Shown: positions 1-6,452 of the stretch, piece after piece
Numbering within the stretch: the stretch's first letter is position 1
Layout of the letters: every line of letters starts with the position of its first letter
Virus genome (UHGV): UHGV-1667404
Reading direction: 5' to 3' (one strand)
Source of the DNA: a virus
DNA length: 10,204 nt
The notes under the pieces: generated by a model
Told to the model about the DNA's origin: nothing
Database searches by the model: none
What the model saw: the letters and a program-made list of their open reading frames with translations, nothing else
Made by a program: the position numbers and the translations under genes

Positions 1-434
1 TGGTTATCTGCATCATCGTCTGCCTGTCATGGGCTGTTAATCATTACCGTGATAACGCCATCGCCTACAAAGAACAGCGCGACAAAAATGCCAGAGAACT
101 GAAGCTGGCGAACGCGGCAATTACTGACATGCAGATGCGTCAGCGTGATGTTGCTGCGCTCGATGCAAAATACACGAAGGAGTTAGCTGATGCGAAAGCT
201 GAAAATGATGTTCTGCGTGATGATGTTGCCGCTGGTCGTCGTCGGTTGCACATCAAAGCAGTCTGTCAGTCAGTGCGTGAAGCCACCACCGCCTCCGGCG
301 TGGATAATGCAGCCTCCCCCCGACTGGCAGACACCGCTGAACGGGATTATTTCACCCTCCGGGAACGACTGGTAATGATGCAGGCCCAACTTGAAGGTGC
401 TCAGCAATACATAACCGAGCAGTGTTTAAAGTAA
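1..434 (+). CDS. Rz: Rz i-spanin (inner-membrane spanin subunit of the lysis cassette), 5'-truncated at the window edge
   Basis: The frame is open from base 3 and reads [91 protein letters not shown]...QYITEQCLK, stop 432-434. This matches the lambda Rz sequence as I recall it, including the TM segment and coiled-coil periplasmic domain. The ORF-track start at 129 is an internal Met; the true start lies upstream of the window. Equivalent to rzpR in Rac-type prophages. Confidence 0.9.
   Translation, partial: VICIIVCLSWAVNHYRDNAIAYKEQRDKNARELKLANAAITDMQMRQRDVAALDAKYTKELADAKAENDVLRDDVAAGRRRLHIKAVCQSVREATTASGVDNAASPRLADTAERDYFTLRERLVMMQAQLEGAQQYITEQCLK
190..375 (+). CDS. Rz1: Rz1 o-spanin (outer-membrane lipoprotein), entirely embedded in the +1 frame of Rz
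   Basis: 61-aa product [24 protein letters not shown]...[21 protein letters not shown] has a lipoprotein signal peptide with lipobox LVVVG|C followed by a proline-rich mature part, typical of lambda Rz1. AAGGAG at 176-181 sits 8 nt upstream of ATG 190. Equivalent to rzoR in Rac-type prophages. Confidence 0.88.
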   Translation: MRKLKMMFCVMMLPLVVVGCTSKQSVSQCVKPPPPPAWIMQPPPDWQTPLNGIISPSGNDW

Positions 435-514
435 AATCTTAACTACAATATGATTCATTTTGATGATTGTTTCATAAGGAACAGTGAAGTAAGATCTAAG
501 AGGAGTTAAATTTT

Positions 515-560
515 ATACAGTATAATCATAATATTGCAGTAAGGTGGTTATAATTGAAAG
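515..560 (+). promoter_or_regulatory. Candidate sigma70 -10 elements upstream of trkG (TATAAT at 521-526 and 549-554); no convincing -35
   Basis: Two perfect TATAAT hexamers lie in the AT-rich 435-571 intergenic region. AT-rich DNA yields such hexamers by chance and no good TTGACA is found at 17 +/- 1 bp, so this is only a weak prediction. Confidence 0.2.
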
Positions 561-571
561 AATATTTAGAT

Positions 572-2029
572 ATGAATACATCTCATGTAAGAGTTGTTAC
601 TCATATGTGTGGGTTCCTGGTTTGGCTCTATAGTCTTTCAATGTTGCCACCAATGGTTGTAGCATTGTTTTATAAAGAAAAAAGCCTGTTCGTTTTCTTT
701 ATAACTTTCGTTATATTTTTTTGCATTGGTGGCGGAGCGTGGTATACAACTAAGAAATCTGGCATTCAATTACGTACCCGTGATGGGTTTATTATAATTG
801 TAATGTTTTGGATTTTGTTTTCTGTTATTAGTGCATTCCCTTTATGGATTGACTCAGAACTTAATTTAACGTTCATTGATGCTCTGTTTGAAGGGGTTTC
901 TGGAATAACAACAACAGGAGCAACTGTAATTGATGATGTTAGTTCATTACCTCGGGCATATTTGTACTATCGGTCACAGTTAAATTTTATAGGTGGTTTA
1001 GGAGTTATTGTTCTGGCGGTTGCTGTATTGCCATTATTGGGTATTGGTGGTGCAAAGCTTTATCAGTCAGAAATGCCGGGGCCATTTAAGGATGACAAAC
1101 TCACTCCCCGCCTGGCCGATACGTCACGGACACTGTGGATAACTTATTCTTTATTAGGTATTGCTTGTATTGTCTGTTATAGACTTGCAGGAATGCCTTT
1201 GTTTGATGCTATTTGTCACGGGATTTCCACAGTTTCGCTTGGTGGTTTCTCAACTCATAGCGAGAGTATCGGATATTTTAATAACTATTTGGTTGAGCTG
1301 GTGGCTGGTTCTTTTTCCCTGCTATCGGCTTTCAACTTCACTCTTTGGTATATTGTTATTAGCAGGAAAACGATAGAACCTTTAATCAGAGATATTGAAC
1401 TTCGTTTCTTTCTGTTAATAGCCTTAGGGGTGATCATTGTTACCTCTTTCCAGGTCTGGCATATAGGTATGTATGACTTGCATGGAAGTTTTATTCATTC
1501 GTTTTTTCTTGCCAGCTCCATGCTCACTGATAATGGTTTAGCTACGCAGGATTATGCAAGTTGGCCCACGCACACGATAGTGTTTTTGCTGTTGTCAAGT
1601 TTCTTTGGGGGATGTATAGGTTCAACTTGTGGTGGAATTAAGTCACTTCGATTTCTTATACTTTTCAAACAAAGCAAACACGAGATAAATCAGCTTTCTC
1701 ATCCCAGAGCGTTGTTGAGTGTAAATGTAGGAGGGAAGATAGTTACAGATCGTGTAATGAGGTCTGTATGGAGTTTCTTTTTTCTTTATACTCTCTTCAC
1801 GGTGTTTTTTATACTGGTGTTAAATGGTATGGGATATGATTTTCTTACATCATTTGCAACAGTGGCTGCATGTATTAATAATATGGGATTAGGTTTTGGG
1901 GCTACTGCATCGTCATTCGGAGTGCTTAATGACATTGCAAAATGTTTAATGTGCATAGCTATGATTCTTGGTCGCCTTGAAATTTATCCTGTTATTATAT
2001 TGTTTTCAGGTTTTTTTTGGCGCTCCTAA
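572..2029 (+). CDS. trkG: TrkG/TrkH-family potassium uptake membrane protein (cargo gene)
   Basis: 485-aa polytopic membrane protein from ATG 572 (MNTSHVRVVTHMCGFLVWLYSL...). It shows four pore-loop-like glycine motifs typical of the Trk/Ktr/HKT superfamily (SGITTTGATV, SLGGFSTHS, MLTDNGLATQ, NNMGLGFGATAS). From memory the sequence matches E. coli TrkG, which is encoded in the Rac prophage. An in-frame TTG at 554 with GGTGG at 543-547 is an alternative start. The gene is visibly much more AT-rich than its flanks. Confidence 0.92.
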   Translation: MNTSHVRVVTHMCGFLVWLYSLSMLPPMVVALFYKEKSLFVFFITFVIFFCIGGGAWYTTKKSGIQLRTRDGFIIIVMFWILFSVISAFPLWIDSELNLTFIDALFEGVSGITTTGATVIDDVSSLPRAYLYYRSQLNFIGGLGVIVLAVAVLPLLGIGGAKLYQSEMPGPFKDDKLTPRLADTSRTLWITYSLLGIACIVCYRLAGMPLFDAICHGISTVSLGGFSTHSESIGYFNNYLVELVAGSFSLLSAFNFTLWYIVISRKTIEPLIRDIELRFFLLIALGVIIVTSFQVWHIGMYDLHGSFIHSFFLASSMLTDNGLATQDYASWPTHTIVFLLLSSFFGGCIGSTCGGIKSLRFLILFKQSKHEINQLSHPRALLSVNVGGKIVTDRVMRSVWSFFFLYTLFTVFFILVLNGMGYDFLTSFATVAACINNMGLGFGATASSFGVLNDIAKCLMCIAMILGRLEIYPVIILFSGFFWRS

Positions 2030-2115
2030 TATATGGCTGATTTATAATTGTGAGTTTAATATTATGTTGACTCACTCATTGATCCAATACCTAACTTTAC
2101 CAGCAACCCCTCCGT

Positions 2116-2150
2116 CCCCAGTAGCACTGGCTGCTGGGGTGCGTTTTATT
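2116..2150 (+). terminator. Possible weak intrinsic terminator or hairpin downstream of trkG
   Basis: Inverted repeat CCCCAG (2116-2121) / CTGGGG (2134-2139) with nested CCAGT/ACTGG, followed by TGCGTTTTATT. The T-tract is short and offset from the stem, so confidence is low. Confidence 0.25.
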
Positions 2151-2166
2151 CATAAAGCAAGGCTGT

Positions 2167-2958
2167 ATGAGCGAGAAATTAAAGATAGTCTATCGCCCAT
2201 TACAAGAATTGTCACCGTATGCGCACAACGCCAGGACGCACAGCCCTGAGCAGGTGGCACAACTGGTAGAAAGTATTAAGCAATTCGGCTGGACTAATCC
2301 GGTGCTGATTGACGAAAAGGGCGAAATTATTGCGGGTCACGGTCGTGTTATGGCGGCTGAAATGCTCAAAATGGATTCTGTTCCGGTCATTGTTCTGTCT
2401 GGCCTGACGGATGAGCAGAAAAAGGCGTACCGCCTGGCAGATAATCGCCTGCCGATGAATGCTGGCTGGGATGAAGATCTGTTGCGGATGGAGCTGTCGG
2501 ACCTAATCAATGCTGATTTTGATGTCTCCCTGACAGGCTTCATCCCGACAGAAATTGATGAACTGTTGACGGATGTTTTGCCCGGTACAGGAAATGAGGA
2601 GGAGCCGTATACGACGAAAATTGATACGCCTGTTTATGAGCCGTCGGGCGGTAAACCGGATATCAGTGAACTGTACGACGATACGAAAACTCAGGAGCTG
2701 ATCAGCCGGATACGTTCGGCGTCCCTTGAGCCTGATATTGAGAAATTCCTCCTGTGTGCGGCAGAACGTCACACGGTGTTTAATTTCAGCAGAATTGCGG
2801 ACTATTACGCTCACGCCCCCTCTGAAATTCAGTGTTTTTTCGAGGAGTCGGCGCTGGTGATCATTGATTATCAGCAGGCTATTGAAAATGGATTTGTCCG
2901 GATGACGCAGCGCATGGTGGAGATCATGCATGGTGGTGAGGAGGAGGAATATGCGTGA
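2167..2958 (+). CDS. ParB/Srx-like nuclease-domain protein (ParB N-terminal domain), phage accessory protein
   Basis: The N-terminus KIVYRPLQELSPYAHNARTHSPEQVAQLVESIKQFGWTNPVLIDEKGEIIAGHGRVMAAEMLKMDSVPVIVL follows the ParB N-terminal pattern (beta strand, NARxH-type box, G-rich helix, GxxR box in place of GERR). The C-terminal half is acidic with no motif I recognise. AAGG sits 5 nt upstream of ATG 2167. From memory the corresponding Rac gene in K-12 is the short remnant ynaK. Confidence 0.8.
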   Translation: MSEKLKIVYRPLQELSPYAHNARTHSPEQVAQLVESIKQFGWTNPVLIDEKGEIIAGHGRVMAAEMLKMDSVPVIVLSGLTDEQKKAYRLADNRLPMNAGWDEDLLRMELSDLINADFDVSLTGFIPTEIDELLTDVLPGTGNEEEPYTTKIDTPVYEPSGGKPDISELYDDTKTQELISRIRSASLEPDIEKFLLCAAERHTVFNFSRIADYYAHAPSEIQCFFEESALVIIDYQQAIENGFVRMTQRMVEIMHGGEEEEYA

Positions 2959-3883
2959 TGATTTTTGCGCCTTTATTCTGACTCACGGGCGACCGGACAA
3001 AGTTCTGACTTACCGGACGTTGCGTCGTGCTGGCTATACCGGGAAAATTTTTATCGTTGTTGATGATGAAGATAAGACACGGAATCAGTACATGGCTGAA
3101 TTTGGTGAACAGGTGCTGGTGTTTTCCAAAGCCGATATCGCCAGTCGTTTTGACGAAGCCGATAATTTCTGTGACCGCCGCTCAATTTTTTACGCCCGTA
3201 ATGCCTGTTTCGACCTGGCAAAACTGGTCGGGTGTAAATACTTCATTCAGCTCGATGATGATTATCACGAGTTCCAGTTTCGGGTGGATCGCAACTATGA
3301 CCAGGCCTATTTTCCGATAAGGAAACTGGATGCGATCCTTTCTGAAATGCTGGCGTACTACGAATCAATACCTGCTCTTTCCATCGCTATGTCGCAGGGC
3401 GGGGATTTTCTTGGTGACAATGGCGGCCATGCTTCGTGGGTGAAACGCAAGGCAATGAACAGCTTTATCTGTTCGGTTGATCGACCGTTCTCATTCATGG
3501 GGCGCATTAACGAGGATGTGAATACGTACACGAATCTCGGTCGCTGTGGTGAATTGTTTATGACGATCGGTGCTGTCCAGTTAGGGCAGAAACAGACGCA
3601 GAAAAACAGCGGCGGAATGACCGAGCTGTATCTGGATTCCGGAACCTACGTTAAAAGTTTTTACTCCGTCATGTATGCGCCGTCGTGCGTAAAAATCTCA
3701 CTGATGGGTGCCAGCCATAAACGCATTCACCATCAGGTCACCTGGAACAACGCTGCAGTAAAAATCCTTCACGAAAAATACAGGAAGAAGACACCCTGCA
3801 TATCAATGGGGGTGACAAATGATTCCGTATTCGAAAGTCGAGTCTCTGGCAGCGTGCCGGATGACTGCACAACAAATCGCTGA
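2951..3883 (+). CDS. Hypothetical protein with GT-A-like (nucleotide-diphospho-sugar transferase) N-terminal motifs; function unknown
   Basis: Strong RBS GAGGAGGAGG (2938-2947) directly upstream of ATG 2951; the start overlaps the ParB-like stop (ATGCGTGA), indicating translational coupling. N-terminus MRDDFCAFILTHGRPD...GKIFIVVDDEDK...KYFIQLDDDYHEF has the spacing of GT-A strand1 / DD / DxD motifs. No SAM-binding (FxGxG, DPPY) or P-loop motif, and no obvious TM segments. The family assignment is inference from motif spacing only. Confidence 0.6.
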   Translation: MRDDFCAFILTHGRPDKVLTYRTLRRAGYTGKIFIVVDDEDKTRNQYMAEFGEQVLVFSKADIASRFDEADNFCDRRSIFYARNACFDLAKLVGCKYFIQLDDDYHEFQFRVDRNYDQAYFPIRKLDAILSEMLAYYESIPALSIAMSQGGDFLGDNGGHASWVKRKAMNSFICSVDRPFSFMGRINEDVNTYTNLGRCGELFMTIGAVQLGQKQTQKNSGGMTELYLDSGTYVKSFYSVMYAPSCVKISLMGASHKRIHHQVTWNNAAVKILHEKYRKKTPCISMGVTNDSVFESRVSGSVPDDCTTNR

Positions 3884-4070
3884 CGTTCTGGATGTTGATC
3901 TGAACCGACTGAAAGAAAATCGGGAAGCAATGACAGATTTTTATGCGGCCATCCGTAAGGGCAGAGCGAAAGGTGAAGCCGAGTTACGAGCGGCATTGTT
4001 TAAGCTTGCCAGAAAAGGGGATGCCTTTGCTCTGCGCGAACTACTCAGGGTGGATAAAAATCAGGACTAA
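3819..4070 (+). CDS. Small HTH-containing protein (83 aa), possibly a packaging-associated DNA-binding protein
   Basis: ATG 3819 preceded by GGGGTGA. The product contains an HTH-like segment (MTAQQIADVLDVDLNRL) and a basic helical tail. It overlaps the 3' end of the upstream gene by 65 nt in another frame, and its stop at 4068-4070 lies 3 nt before the terS ATG. An internal ATG at 3861 is an alternative start. The overlap lowers confidence. Confidence 0.5.
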   Translation: MIPYSKVESLAACRMTAQQIADVLDVDLNRLKENREAMTDFYAAIRKGRAKGEAELRAALFKLARKGDAFALRELLRVDKNQD

Positions 4071-4073
4071 CTG

Positions 4074-5168
4074 ATGAGCAGACCGGACTGGGGGGCGTTG
4101 CAGCAGGAGTATATTGCTGAATACACCCGCTCCGGTATATCTCCGGTGGCATGGTGTGAAGCAAGGGGACTGAATTACGCAACAGCCCGTCGTTACATCA
4201 AAAAAACTCCGAAAAATGCGCAGACAGAAATGTGCAAAACTGCGCAAAAAAGTGCGCAGAAAAAATCTGCGCAGACTGCACAAAAGCGGAACGAAAAATC
4301 TCAGGAAAAAAAGCCAGTATTCGATGCGGGCCTGAATGAGGGCGACGCGGAGGAATTTTCGTTCTGTCCCGATGAATTCGGCATTTCTGACCAGCAGGCT
4401 AAGTTTGCGATGCTTGTTGCTCAGGGTAAAAAGCCGACAGAGGCGTACCGACTAGCCGGTTATGAGGGGCAAGGTGCGACAGCTAACAGCAACGCCAGTC
4501 GTATGCTTAGAAATGCCAGGGTTTTTCGCGCTATCAGCTACTTCCGCAATCAGTACCAGAAACGCTATACCGCAGACCTGGATTTACTAGTGAGTCAGTT
4601 GATGGCTATTGTCCTGGCCGACCCCAATCAGCTTGCACAATTTCGCCGTGTTAACTGCCGTTATTGCTGGGGCGAGAATCATCTCTACCAGTGGCGCGAT
4701 ATAGCAGAATTCGACAAGGCAGCGGCGCAGGCTTCCAGAGATGGCAAACCCGAACCGGAATATGGAGGCCTCGGCTTTGTTGATAACGCCATACCCAATC
4801 CGGACTGCCCGAAGTGCTGCGGTGAGGGAACGGGACAGCTTTATATGGCTGATACCACTCTGCTTGATGGGGATGCGCGGCAATTATATGCAGGGGCAAA
4901 ATTCGGAAAATTCGGCGTTGAGATCCTGCTGGAGGATAAGGCTGCCGCCCGGCGTGAATTGTTGCGTTTGTTTTCTGCTGGCGGGGCTTTATGTGCAGAT
5001 AAACGGCTACAGGAACTGGAAATTGAACGGCGCAGAATGGAAAACCAGAAGCTGCGCAAAGAGATCGAAACGGTGGAAGATAATGAACATCCCCAGCCTG
5101 TGGCGATCAATATTAATGTGGTTGATGCCAGAGTAAGGAGTGATGAAGATGATCTCTCCGACGCTTAA
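4074..5168 (+). CDS. terS: Terminase small subunit (P27/Terminase_2-like core) with N-terminal HTH, low-complexity linker and C-terminal Cys-rich extension
   Basis: AGGA at 4063-4066 sits 7 nt before ATG 4074. Residues ~105-160 (QQAKFAMLVAQGKKPTEAYRLAGYEGQGATANSNASRMLRNARVFRAISYFRNQ) match the P27-family TerS signature (F...G...eAy..AGY....A...asrLL.n..V...I). N-terminal HTH-like GISPVAWCEARGLNYATARRYIKK. C-terminal CRYC...CPKCC motif and a coiled-coil tail. Lies immediately upstream of, and overlaps, the large terminase gene. Confidence 0.8.
   Translation: MSRPDWGALQQEYIAEYTRSGISPVAWCEARGLNYATARRYIKKTPKNAQTEMCKTAQKSAQKKSAQTAQKRNEKSQEKKPVFDAGLNEGDAEEFSFCPDEFGISDQQAKFAMLVAQGKKPTEAYRLAGYEGQGATANSNASRMLRNARVFRAISYFRNQYQKRYTADLDLLVSQLMAIVLADPNQLAQFRRVNCRYCWGENHLYQWRDIAEFDKAAAQASRDGKPEPEYGGLGFVDNAIPNPDCPKCCGEGTGQLYMADTTLLDGDARQLYAGAKFGKFGVEILLEDKAAARRELLRLFSAGGALCADKRLQELEIERRRMENQKLRKEIETVEDNEHPQPVAININVVDARVRSDEDDLSDA
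4217..4282 (+). repeat. Array of six palindromic TGCGCA-type hexamers (TGCGCA x4, TGTGCA, TGCACA), each followed by an A-rich tract, spaced 9-15 bp; candidate pac / TerS-binding site inside terS
   Basis: Hexamers start at 4217, 4231, 4241, 4253, 4268 and 4277. The region encodes the low-complexity linker KNAQTEMCKTAQKSAQKKSAQTAQK, suggesting DNA-level constraint. Pac sites of P22- and SPP1-type phages lie in or next to terS. The repeat is seen directly; the function is inferred. Confidence 0.5.
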
Positions 5169-6450
5169 TGTGCCTCAGGCGCGATTTCTTTCAATGCCCC
5201 ATAAATTTAAAGCCTATATTGCTGGTTTTGGCTCGGGCAAAATATGGGTTGGGTGTGGCGGCATATGCAAGGGGATTTGGGAGCATCCAGGTATAAATCA
5301 GGGATATTTTGCGCCAACGTATCCCCAAATTCGCGATATTTTTTACCCTACAGTAGAAGAAGTTGCTGCTGACTGGGGATTGAACGTAAAAATTAATGAG
5401 GGAAATAAAGAGGTTCACTTTTATTACGGACGCCAGTATCGGGGAACCACTATCTGCAGATCGATGGAGAAGCCACAAACGATCGTCGGTTTCAAAATTG
5501 GTAATGCGTTGGTGGATGAACTGGACATTTTGCCGAAGGAAAAAGCCAGAACGGCGTGGCGCAAGATAATTGCACGTATGCGTTATAAGATTGATGGACT
5601 TCGCAACGGTATTGACGTTACAACCACGCCGGAAGGATTCAAATTTGTCTACGAGCAGTTTGTTAAAGCCGTGCGTGAAAAAACAGAGCTGGCCTCACTG
5701 TATGGTCTGGTGCAGGCATCTACTTTCGATAATGAAAAGAACCTGCCAGCAGATTACATTCCTTCGCTTCTTGAATCATACCCTCCAGAGCTGATTAAAG
5801 CCTATCTTCGAGGACAGTTTACTAACCTGACAAGTGGTACTGTTTACCATCAGTTTGACCGGAAACTGAATAATTGCGAAGAAGTGGAGCAGCCAGGGGA
5901 GCCGATTTATATTGGGATGGATTTTAACGTTGGAAAGATGGCGGGAATCGTCCATGTGCTGCGTTTGGGGCTTCCATGTGCGGTAACTGAAATCATCAAT
6001 GCCTACGATACGCCGGATATGATCCGCATCATTAAAGAACGCTTCTGGCTGTATGATGGGAATGATTACCGGAAAGTGAGGGAAATTTATATTTATCCAG
6101 ATGCTTCCGGGGATTCCAGAAAATCAAGTAACGCAAGTACGACGGATATAGCCCAGCTTAAGCAGGCTGGTTTTAACGTTGTGGTGAACAGCTCGAACCC
6201 GCCAGTAAAAGATCGCGTTAACTCAATGAATGCAATGTTCTGCAATGCCAATGGTGAGCGTCGCTATAAAGTTAATGTGAAGCGTTGCCCGTTATATGCC
6301 GAATCTCTGGAGCAACAGGTCTGGGATGAGAAGGGGGAGCCTGATAAAAAATCTGGCAATGATCACCCGAATGATGCCGGAGGTTATTTCATCGTTAAGC
6401 AATTCCCTATTGTCAAACCGACCGGAAGAGTCACATCACTTCGGATTTAA
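5143..6450 (+). CDS. terL: Terminase large subunit (ATPase + nuclease)
   Basis: N-terminal deviant Walker A YIAGFGSGKIWVGCGG, mid-protein LVDELDIL (Walker B-like), and a C-terminal RNaseH-like nuclease region (IYIGMDFNVGK ... IYPDASGD ... DHPNDAGGY). AGGAG at 5135-5139; possible starts are GTG 5140 (ORF track), ATG 5143 or ATG 5149. Overlaps the terS 3' end. Confidence 0.87.
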   Translation: MKMISPTLNVPQARFLSMPHKFKAYIAGFGSGKIWVGCGGICKGIWEHPGINQGYFAPTYPQIRDIFYPTVEEVAADWGLNVKINEGNKEVHFYYGRQYRGTTICRSMEKPQTIVGFKIGNALVDELDILPKEKARTAWRKIIARMRYKIDGLRNGIDVTTTPEGFKFVYEQFVKAVREKTELASLYGLVQASTFDNEKNLPADYIPSLLESYPPELIKAYLRGQFTNLTSGTVYHQFDRKLNNCEEVEQPGEPIYIGMDFNVGKMAGIVHVLRLGLPCAVTEIINAYDTPDMIRIIKERFWLYDGNDYRKVREIYIYPDASGDSRKSSNASTTDIAQLKQAGFNVVVNSSNPPVKDRVNSMNAMFCNANGERRYKVNVKRCPLYAESLEQQVWDEKGEPDKKSGNDHPNDAGGYFIVKQFPIVKPTGRVTSLRI

Positions 6451-6452
6451 TT

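Noticed and set aside
554-571. TTG start at 554 extending TrkG by six residues (MKEYLD)
   Set aside because: Plausible, since GGTGG lies 6 nt upstream, but the ATG at 572 yields the 485-aa product I recall for TrkG. It is kept only as an alternative in the feature note.
1161-1376. 71-aa + strand ORF inside trkG in another frame
   Set aside because: Fully embedded in the well-supported trkG reading frame with no independent signals.
2067-2072. TTGACT -35-like hexamer and TATAAT at 2043-2048 upstream of the ParB-like gene
   Set aside because: No properly spaced partner element for either hexamer (no -10 at 17 +/- 1 bp from TTGACT, no -35 for the TATAAT). AT-rich DNA produces these by chance, and the gene is probably transcribed from the upstream late promoter.
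1968-2249. 93-aa + strand ORF spanning the trkG 3' end, the intergenic region and the ParB-like gene start
   Set aside because: It overlaps two supported genes out of frame and the intergenic part shows no RBS; it is most likely a chance open frame in AT-rich DNA.
2337-2931. Minus-strand ORFs (68 aa and 142 aa) antisense to the ParB-like gene
   Set aside because: They lie entirely within a well-supported + strand gene with a recognisable domain, have no RBS and give compositionally odd Arg/Ser-rich products, typical of antisense-frame artefacts.
3027-3320. 97-aa + strand ORF inside the GT-A-like gene
   Set aside because: Alternative frame of a gene whose main frame carries the motif-bearing translation and a strong RBS.
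4587-5110. Several ORFs (82-131 aa, both strands) overlapping terS in other frames
   Set aside because: The terS frame carries the recognisable terminase small-subunit signature; the alternative frames give low-complexity or Arg/Ser-rich translations with no support.
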